The notes beneath the pieces are model-generated. The model ran no database searches and was not told where the DNA came from. It saw nothing but the letters and a program-made list of their open reading frames with translations. Positions 54,215 to 64,000 of a DNA stretch of 64,000 nt are shown here, one piece after another. The stretch's first letter is position 1; each line of letters opens with the position of its first letter. The translations under genes and the position numbers were made by a program. The stretch is taken from assembly GCF_009914755.1 (NCBI RefSeq), contig NC_060935.1; one strand, 5' to 3'. The DNA comes from the human T2T-CHM13v2.0 reference genome, Homo sapiens.

Positions 54215-54560
54215 CTACACCATAAGAAGCAAGAGAATCATGACAGAGAATATTTAAATCCCTACAGTCATTTTCTCCTTAAATATCTTCACTGTGCCCA
54301 CATTCATCTCCTTTTCTTCAATTATGGCTATTTTCAAATACTTTCCCTTATTCCTTATTTCACTTCAAGAATGTGGTGAATCCTACCAAGAAATGTTTAA
54401 CACCTCCATAAATTGTGGTTTGTTTCTTATTTTCTATGGTTGCATTCAATTTCATAGTCTCATGCTATAATTTGATTTTTTATACCACAGGTATTAATTT
54501 TCATCATTCATTTAGGGTAGATTCCCCACAAATATCCTTAATTAGAAAAAAATAAAACTG

Positions 54561-54846
54561 GGCTGGGTATAGTGGCTTATGCCCATAATCTTAGCACTTT
54601 GGAAGGCTGAGGCGGGAGGATCCCTTGAGCCTAGGAGTTCCAGACCAGGGCAACACAGCAAAATCCAGTCTGTATGAAAAATACAAAAAAGTCAGCCCAG
54701 CATGGTGATGCACACCTGTGGTCCCAGCTACTTGGGAGGCTGAGGTGGGAGGATCACCTGAGCCTAGGTGAGCCTGCGATGAGTCGAGATCACGCCACCA
54801 CACTCCAGCAGCCTGGGCCAAAGGAGTGATACCCTGTCTCAAAAAA

Positions 54847-54885
<39 letters not shown>

Positions 54886-54886
54886 A
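54561..54886 (+). mobile_element. AluJ-like SINE with (TAAA)n tail
   Basis: Alu dimer with about 10 TAAA units. Confidence 0.9.
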
Positions 54887-56425
54887 TCCTAAATGCTTTT
54901 TTCTATCAGAAAAATAGAAGCAATTATATTACCATTTTTCAAAACATACGAGGGAAATAACACTTATTCTTAATCCTAATGATATTTTTTCTTAAATCTT
55001 AACAATTATCCTGAGCACGTAACAAAATTTTCAAAGCAAGGTATAAGTATCCTGTCTTTTAGGGTGTGGAGAGAAAAAATGGTTGGGGATAAAACTGAGA
55101 TATTGCAAAATCAAGTAAGATGTTGCAATTTAAATAGTTGGGATTTGTTACTCTTCCAGTTTTTTTTCTTTTTTTTTTTTTGGAAAAGTATTATATACTA
55201 GTATCTATCTGTTACAATGAAATAAATAATAATTAATAAAAATTAACACATGCCAGGCACTGTGCTCAGGAGTTTACACATTTCATTTAATCATCCTAAC
55301 ACTTTGAGGCAGATGATATTATTGTCCTTATTTTGTAGATCACAAGAAAGAGACAAAAATAATTTGCTTAAGCGCATGAATGCAGAACCAGGACTTGAAT
55401 CTGGGCTATCTGATCCCTAGCCCCTGCATTAACTAAAAGTTAGAAGTTCCAGTCTCCTGTCTTATATATATTCTCTGGGTTACCTTGAGCATGTCACATC
55501 CTTCTCTGATGCAGTTTCCTCATCTACATAACAAGGCAATTTGATTAGAACAGTATTTTTCAAATTATGGCTCAATAATGCATTAGTGGATCTCTAGCGG
55601 ACTTCTTACCACAGATTTTAGCTTTCAAACTTTAAACACATAATTACATTATTTCTAAGGACCTGCCTACATCTAAAGTTCTCAGATAAGGAAAATAAAC
55701 TTCACAGGTCATTAAAAAAAAAACAGATTTTTCATTTATTTTAGATTTTGGAGGAATGAATATTTCTTAATGGCGTTAGAAGAGATCTAATCCTTTTTTT
55801 TTTAACAAATGAAATATACAGATCTTTCATAATCATCCATTTATCAAAAATGTTGACTTTTATGTACCATTTTAGAGATAAGCAAACTGAACTAAACTCT
55901 CGGGCAAATGAATAACTGTAATGGGAAAAAAGAGATGAGTGGGACCCTATGGCATTAAAAAGTTGAGAGACTTATAATAAATTTCAGTGTATGAACTTTA
56001 TTTGGATCATTAAATCTACTGTAAAAATGAAACAATCAAGACTATTGAACACTGACTGGATATTAAATAATATCAAGTAAGTACTGTTTATTTTAGGTGT
56101 GATAATGATATTTAATAATATTAATTAATTCTGTTAAGTTTTTAGGTGTGATAATGGTATTTTACAATATTAAGGAATTAATATTAAGGCTGTTGTTATG
56201 GCAATGGCATTACAGTTATATGTATAAATATATATTTATTTTAGAGGTCAGTGTTAAAATAGTTACAGATAAAATGACATCTGAAATTGTTTTAACATAA
56301 TTACAGGGGTGAAAGGAATGGGTGGGCATATATATGAAGTAAGACTGATGAAGAACTGATTGTTTCAACTGGTTGATGGGTATATCAGAATTCATTAAAC
56401 TATTTTCTCTACTTTTGCATACTTA

Positions 56426-56796
<371 letters not shown>

Positions 56797-59264
56797 CTAA
56801 GGTAGAAAAAGAAAGAAAACTTTTTGCCTCAGATTTTTATTAGCCAGACCCCACACCAAATTTGAGAATTTTGAATTTTTATTCTACATCTTTCAATTAT
56901 GCTAGAGCCCCTTTCTTTTCTATTTTCTAAGCTTTGCTCTAACTAGAAGCCAAAGATCCTCCTGAGCTCAAAATAAAAAGCCATTTACAATAAAGATTAT
57001 AAGAGAGAAGAAACCATACCACAAAGAGTAGGAAGTTGCCCTCAGAAGCACCAGCTAACCAAAGTTATCAAAACCCTTCTTTCTGGGTCATGAGTTATAG
57101 GCTTTTCTCTTCCTGTTTCATATGAGTGTGCATATCACCAACACTGTGAGGTTATTATGCCTTTTGCCAGATTTTGTAATTTGAAGATGACTAATTTCAG
57201 TATGACAAATATGGGATTCCTGGAGAGTGGGGGCGGGGGAAGTGGGGACTAGACTGAAGACTCCATAATTCTTCTCTGTAGTCTTTTACTGTGGAGATGA
57301 AATAATATCAATATTAACATGAAAGGAGTAAAGTGAGGTCTCTTGGGAGTCTCTGAGGGTTGCATGGATTTCATTCGGAGGCAGAATCTGCTCCTGGTTC
57401 CTCTTTATCTATCATGCCTAATGCCTACGTAATGAGGGTTTAGGTAAAACCTTCTGGGTGTATACAAGCTGCTAGCCTCTGAGGCACCACTGCAGACAGG
57501 AAATATTTGCTCACTTGAGCCAACCTGTCCTCGATGCCATTTCTCTGCCAGCAGGAAGAAAGATCCACACCAAGTCTCAAGGGTAGTTACTGGGCTGATG
57601 ACAATTTGAAGAAACTGTTGAAGTGTAGCCATCAACAGCCTGTGGAGACGTAGCCAACTGGATAATCTGCACAAATATTAGCTTCCAGGCTACTTGGTAC
57701 TTTCTGTATTTCCAGACAAGATTTACCTAACATTTAGCCTGCTCAGGAGATGCAAAACAATATAAGTTTCTGTTAAATCTGGGTTACTTCATTGGACAGA
57801 CACCAGAACCAATAAACTTCTAAAATAGGAGAGCACCTTGTTGCTTAGTTTTGGTGTCAGGTGTTCCCGACAGTGACATTGAAAAAGTTATTTTGTTTTT
57901 CTTAGTTTTCTCATCTGAAAAAGAAGTGGATAACACCTATTTCAGAGGGTTGCTGCAGACACTAAAATGATTAACATATGTAAAAATGTCTAGTTTTTGC
58001 TTGATTTACTAAATAAGTATTAGTTTCCTTTTGAATTATTTGCCATGAAAGCCTTTCGGTGTCCCCTCCATCCCCCCCAAAAAAAAGAAAGAGAAAAAGA
58101 AAAAAGGCCCTAGCACTACTAGAACTCAAGCAGAAATTCACATTCTCCCAGCACTCACGTAGGATAAGAAATAGAATTCTACCCCAAGTCCAAAAAAGAG
58201 TCTGGCCCAATATCAAAATAGACTTTACCTCCAAAGCAGTTTGATATTTATTAAACACTACCTTTTTCTCTTCATTAACATCTCTTGCCTCCTGGTAATT
58301 TGCCCTTTACTTTTCCTCTGTTTCTCCAGCTTTGAAATCACACGCCATTTTTTTTAAGACAATGTAACAATGTGCAAGATATTTTTTGTTGTTGTTTTTT
58401 GCACTTTTGACATACCCTATCCCCAAACACACCCCAAACCAGGACACTGTGGAATTAATACAGTTTGGAAATTGGGTATAGTTTAGTGACTCAGTGTTAG
58501 TTAAGATGCTGGCAACAGATGTTGGCAAAGGCTATGGAATGAGTCCCAAGAATGACAAACCTTACATTACTCCAAAGGTTTGAAATCCAGGATTTCTCTG
58601 GTTAATATGGTTAATAGTTCCACTGCTGGTTTTAATTGTCTTAGAGTGGAAGGAGGTGTCGTATTTTCAGGCCCTAGTAATCTCTTCCTTCAGAATTCTT
58701 CTGAATAAAAAGCTTAGCAACAAAATCACTAGAGTTAGAGTGCTATGCCTTCTTGATTTAATACTAAAACATGGAACAAATGAAACCACTCTGGCCTTTT
58801 TCCAACCTCTACAGATCCCTCATTCTTATACTTCTAGTCCGTCTTTTCTTCCTCATAACACCCCAATTCCCTTTTTGCTCTTTCTTTTCCTCCTCAAATC
58901 ATATCTCTGCATTGTCTCGCTATGTGGCCACCCTTGATCTCCAGTGACCTCCAAAGGGCAAAACGCCCATAACAAGACAACAACTGCAGTAACAATCCAG
59001 TCCAAAAGTATTTGCCAAGAGTTTATTCCGCGGTTAGCACCAAACTCTCCATCTATTTTGCCACTGCAAACAGTGAACCCATAGTTCCCCAAAACAATCA
59101 TAGTTCCTCATGCTTCACTCTTGGCAGGGCTGAGGACAGGAAAGAAGTGAAAATAAAATCTTCCATTACTACCCTCAGTCTAGCCAGAAGTATACCCCAC
59201 CACACAAGGAGATGGCAGCCAAGTCTTCACTCCCTCAGAGTTTCTCCTCAGGCTCCTCACTCAC

Positions 59265-59277
59265 CTAACTCTTCCAT
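59265..59277 (-). CDS. LPXN: Leupaxin coding exon 1 (MEEL plus first base of D)
   Basis: Minus strand reads ATG GAA GAG TTA G|GTGAGT; phase matches exon 2. Confidence 0.93.
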
Positions 59278-59289
59278 TGTCCTACATCC

Positions 59290-59760
59290 AAGATGCTCTT
59301 GTCTCACAGGCCGTGAGGAACAGCTTTGGCATGTGCTGAAGAAGAGGACCGCAAAGGAACTGGATGAGACAGCATAAGGCAGCCTCTATAAACCTTTTTG
59401 GTTCCTGTATTTGCTTAGCACTTCCTCTCTTTTGATTTGGTGAGCTTTTTTTTTTTTTTCATAGGTTACACAGTTTTAAAAATGTGACTGACATAGAAAG
59501 GTAGATAGTAAGATTTGCATTATGGCAGTGCATTGGCCAGGGTGATAAAGATTCAAAATTAATTTTGCAAAATTTGAGGACCTACTCTGTGCCAGGATTC
59601 ATCTTGGATTCATGGGAATGGCAGACTTATACTTGCGTTTTTTCCAAGTGTAGGTACCCCACTCTGAGCATCTTTCTTTTTTCTTTTTTTTTTTTCTGTG
59701 AAGCTGGGAGACACAGAGGCATAGTCTCCTTCTTAAAATTTGCATCAGAGTTGACCAGCA
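59290..59760 (-). promoter_or_regulatory. LPXN: LPXN proximal non-CpG promoter and 5'UTR with haematopoietic motifs
   Basis: PU.1-like AGAGGAAGTG at 59419-59428, RUNX TGCGGT at 59348-59353, octamer ATTTGCAT at 59513-59520 and 59738-59745, all directly upstream of exon 1. Confidence 0.6.
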
Positions 59761-60289
59761 TCCATTTCATTTTGTTGTCTTATTTATTCAGAAATTATGG
59801 TTATCTGCTTTCCTGCATGGAACGTAAATCCTTAAAAGTAGGGCAGAAGTGGATTCATGCTTGGATTCTCAGGGCCTGGTTTACTCAGTGGTCCCAAAAG
59901 CAAACATCTATAGGGTGGTCACAAAGAAGGAAGCCAGGTTTGACACCAGATGTTAAACTGTGTGCATCTCAATTAAGCATAATCCCTGCCTAGATACACT
60001 GCCTTATAGCAATTTCTTTGGAAAGTAACACTGAGGTTAACTCTTCACCTTTTTTACCACTGTGATTTATTCACCTTGAATTAAACATTTACAAAAGGCC
60101 TACTATAAAAAAGCAATACGTAAGGAACTATAATTATGGCCCTGTGAAATAGATTTTTTCCCCCTTTTTACCAATGGTGAAATAGGTTCATGTAATAGCA
60201 ACTTGCTAAGATAATTAATTGGTAGCTTTGCTACTTACTATAATTGCAAAGTCTGGGATCTTTCCTCTACAACACCGTAGCCTTCTTTA

Positions 60290-60615
<326 letters not shown>

Positions 60616-61523
60616 TAGGGAATAATTCATTCTCCATTCCACTGTCTGTACATTTTTTTTTGAAAGGAGATTCCTCCTCTGTATTACTTTGAGCATCCAT
60701 TGGATGTCAGCACTGTTCCTTCCAAAAGTCTGCTCACTACAAACTCAATCTTAAAAAATTTCCATTGACACTATGCCAATCGATTATTACAACTGAAAAT
60801 GACATTAGCCCTATGAAAATGGAAAATACTCAGTAGAGAATATAAAACATTTGTCTAATATGAAGTGGTATCTGAGTCAAAGTACTGGAAGGAAAAATGT
60901 ACTTCAGCACTTGTCTACAGTTTAACTGAATGATTAATGTGAAATTTAAAATTGGATCCCCAGATCTTGTTTCCAGCTTCTTTCTTTTGGGACTTTTAGC
61001 CCTGGATGCCTTATTTTCCAGGGGTAAAGGATGTTCTTGCAAATCGTTCCTTGATTGTAATGGATGAAAAGAAAAAAGAAATGGGAGAGGCCCACTGCAT
61101 CACCAACTGCAACGGAAATTCCCTTTGATGAATCAGGAAGACAAATTAATGTCATACGCTAGCGTGCAGAAAAGTAACCTCTGATAAAGTTGCTATTGTA
61201 TAAACCGCAGAAGCAGATGGCTTCCGGCCGCAGAGCTTAAGAGACCCTTCAGCTTCTCGGTGTAGGTCACCAGTCATGTCACGCTCACAACCCTTTCGCC
61301 TCCCTCTAGGTCAGGCACCGCATCCAAGTTAAGCAACCGACGCCGGCTCCTTGGTGTCCCAACAAGGTCTAGTAGAAAAGCAACTTTATAATTCGTTTCA
61401 CAGATTTGATTAAGAGCCAACTGAGTAGTGGGCCTTGTGCTAGGGCTCCGAGGGCCCAAGGACCCCATGGAACCAGATTTAGTCGCTGACCTCTAGGAGC
61501 TCACAGGTGAGTGACTCACACAC

Positions 61524-61551
61524 CGGAAGACGAGATCAATAATGTAGACAT
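61524..61551 (-). CDS. LPXN: Leupaxin alternative upstream coding exon 1 (MSTLLISSS plus first base of D)
   Basis: ATG TCT ACA TTA TTG ATC TCG TCT TCC G|GTGTGT. Same phase as the main exon 1 and matches the longer-isoform N-terminus as I recall it. Confidence 0.8.
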
Positions 61552-62570
61552 GAACGCTGGCTAGCCAGTCCCAGAGGAGGTGTCATCTGACCAAACCAAG
61601 GCAAGTCTGGGCAGTTACGCAGACACCCCGAGAAAGGTACGCCAACGCCCAGATAAAAAGTAAGAAAAAGTAGGAAAAACCCTCCCATCAGACCAGCAAT
61701 TGGCTCGACGCTTGAGCCCGGATGTACGGCACGCGTCGCGACCTAACCCGGAAACACTGCCTCCCGAAAAAAAGGTAAACTCTAGACTGCGGAAAGTAAA
61801 CTACCTTTCCCGTCGTGACTCAGTTAGAACCTCCCGGCATCCTCTCCACCTCTGGTTTCCCATCTATTTTTCCTAAAGCCTAGGCGAAATAAGACTTCAT
61901 CTCCCAGAATGCCCTTGGTTAAGTTAACGGTGCGCATGCGCCAAGAGGCGGGCCCTCGTTGCCCCCACAACCCCGCCTCCGTTTTGCCGCCGCCATTTTT
62001 TCAGAGACTTTCATCCGGCAACCGACGGGGCTTTTTTTCTTAAAGGAGAAGCGACAGCTCAAAATACTACCCCCTTCTCCGCGCAAGATCTGGCGGCGCT
62101 GGGGACAGAAAGGCCAAAGACAGGAAAGTGGGGTAGGGTGGAGGCGGAAGAACGCCCAGGCTACTTCTGCGGCCTAAAGAAGAATAGAAAGAGCCCTTGT
62201 GGTATCAGTGGCTCCTCAGGGAGGCAGGTGCGCGCGCAGCCAGTCTAGGGTTTGCGTGAGGCGGGGAAAGAGGTGCGATTTCTTCTCACCCGCCTCCCTC
62301 GCGAGACCTGCCCCTCGCACTGCCCCTAGCGCGCGTTGAAGTCTGGAGGGGGGAAAAAGGTCACTTTGGGATTGTCGCGAGACACAGCCGTTTAACGGTG
62401 AGAACGGGTGCGCGGGGAAGGAAACCTCGCGCGCTCCCCTTTTAGCCGTTTCCTGATTGGCTGAAGGAAGGGGTGGGGGAGGGAACCTGGGGCGCCGCTG
62501 CGTGTAAGACTGCGAGGGGCGGGGTGAGGAGGCTTGTCCTCTTTTCCGATTGGCCCGCTGAGCGTCTGTG

Positions 62571-62588
62571 GCGCGCGCGCGCGCGCGC
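62571..62588. repeat. Perfect (GC)9 dinucleotide repeat
   Basis: gcgcgcgcgcgcgcgcgc, directly visible. Confidence 0.97.
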
Positions 62589-62788
62589 CGCCAGCGGTAG
62601 CGGACCTTGAGTGGCAGGGGGTGGGGGGGGCGCCCTCGGAGCCGGGCGGAGGGGAGGGGGGAAAGAGGAGCGCAGGGTGAGAGTGAGCCGCAGGCTTCGG
62701 GAGGCGAGGGGGCGGGGGGAGCAGCGCCGAGGCCGCCGCCTCCGCCTCCGCCGCCTAGGACTAGGGGGTGGGGGACGGACAAGCCCCG

Positions 62789-63129
62789 ATGCCGGGGGAG
62801 ACGGAAGAGCCGAGACCCCCGGAGCAGCAGGACCAGGAAGGGGGAGAGGCGGCCAAGGCGGCTCCGGAGGAGCCCCAACAACGGCCCCCTGAGGCGGTCG
62901 CGGCGGCGCCTGCAGGGACCACTAGCAGCCGCGTGCTGAGGGGAGGTCGGGACCGAGGCCGGGCCGCTGCGGCCGCCGCCGCCGCAGCTGTGTCCCGCCG
63001 GAGGAAGGCCGAGTATCCCCGCCGGCGGAGGAGCAGCCCCAGCGCCAGGCCTCCCGACGTCCCCGGGCAGCAGCCCCAGGCCGCGAAGTCCCCGTCTCCA
63101 GTTCAGGGCAAGAAGAGTCCGCGACTCCT
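62789..63129 (+). CDS. ZFP91: ZFP91 (zinc finger protein 91 homolog, atypical E3 ubiquitin ligase) coding exon 1; gene continues beyond the window
   Basis: MPGETEEPRPPEQQDQEGG...AAAAAAAAAVSRRRKAEYPRRRRSS...KKSPRLL; donor CT|GTGAGT at 63129/63130. Confidence 0.95.
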
Positions 63130-64000
63130 GTGAGTAACAGTCTTTCAGGCGGTGGGAAAGACCCCCCTCTGTCCGTACGCAACCCTCTCGGCTCCCGTAG
63201 CGCCTACTCCACGTGACATCCTGCCTGGTCTGCCCCCTGCCGGCTCCGCACGCCAGATGTCACACCGTTTCCCCGGGAGCCTTCGTGCCTCCTCTCTGCG
63301 CCACCCTCATCTCGCTCCTGTACCTTCGCTTGTCGGGCCGTTTCCCCACTCCCCGAAATCATCTTTTGATACACCCCTGCACTCGCTAGTGATCCACCTC
63401 CTCCCTGACACCCGCAGGCTCATCCCTCTTTCTGGCATCCGCACCCCCTTTGTCACCCTATCCCTTTCCTTTAGGCGGCTCTCCAGTATTACATCACATG
63501 CCCTTTAGGGAATACACAGCCCGATCATAGCCTTCAAAAATGATTCCCCCCCGCCTTCGCGTTAGCTCAAGAGCCAGATGTACTAGTGTGTTTATGTAGC
63601 TTTTTTTTTTTTTTTCACTTTTCTAAATTTTTCGCAACCCTTCTCATTCTTTTGAGAAATTTGCCACTTATTATGGTCAGGTTAAAAGCCCACTGCTACG
63701 ATTTTAAGTATGGAGTCTTTCATATAAAATTATATGAGCATTCTTTAATGTTTGTTTTTACTAAGTAGCATATGTTTTATCTTTGTGTTTCGTGTTTTTA
63801 AATGTAGGAACTTCATCCTTGAAATTAGAATCATCTGAGAGGAATTCCTTTATTACCTAGACGTAATAGAGGAAACATGAACAGGTGGCCAGGAGCATTG
63901 TCTTAAATTGTTCGTTAAAATAATACTCATGTTAAGAATACTGAAGCACACAAGTTTGTAAATTCTAGAAATTAATCACATTGACTATTCAATTCATGAC

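Larger units (their letters stand above)
61200..63430. promoter_or_regulatory. CpG island and bidirectional promoter for ZFP91 (+) and the LPXN upstream isoform (-)
   Basis: High CpG and GC content. NRF1 TGCGCATGCGC 61931-61941, YY1 CCGCCATTTT 61990-61999, ZNF143-like 61800-61817 and 61894-61912, TCGCGAGA 62299-62306 and 62375-62382, ATTGG 62456-62460 and 62549-62553. Confidence 0.88.

Noticed and set aside
62216-62881. 221-aa minus-strand ORF and other overlapping ORFs in the CpG island
   Set aside because: Non-ATG starts and low-complexity Pro/Arg/Gly/Ala content; expected stop-poor shadow frames of GC-rich DNA opposite ZFP91 exon 1.

Overview
Human (primate) genomic DNA, recognised from the translated exons as the LPXN / ZFP91 head-to-head locus on chromosome 11q12. 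The complete leupaxin gene (LPXN) lies on the minus strand. Nine coding exons, traced by hand through GT-AG junctions, join in frame to 386 aa with LD motifs and four LIM domains, and an alternative upstream first exon encodes MSTLLISSS. ZFP91 exon 1 starts on the plus strand at 62789 in a shared CpG island. Most other sequence is transposon-derived: about 19 Alus, a full-length primate L1 with an ERV9/LTR12 solo LTR inside ORF1, two young L1 3' fragments in opposite orientations, a near-complete hAT-Blackjack-type fossil, Tigger1, MLT1, L2, MIR and MER5A. I found no prokaryotic-type system (CRISPR, operon) and no credible new protein-coding gene. The most unusual observations are: a triplicated splice donor after LPXN exon 4; an LTR12 promoter followed by an inverted-L1 hairpin, antisense within LPXN intron 7; promoter choice that breaks the LD1 motif; a uORF ending 4 nt before the LPXN ATG; and a pure (GC)9 tract at the ZFP91 start. 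Repeat subfamily names come from recalled consensus sequences and repeat boundaries are approximate.
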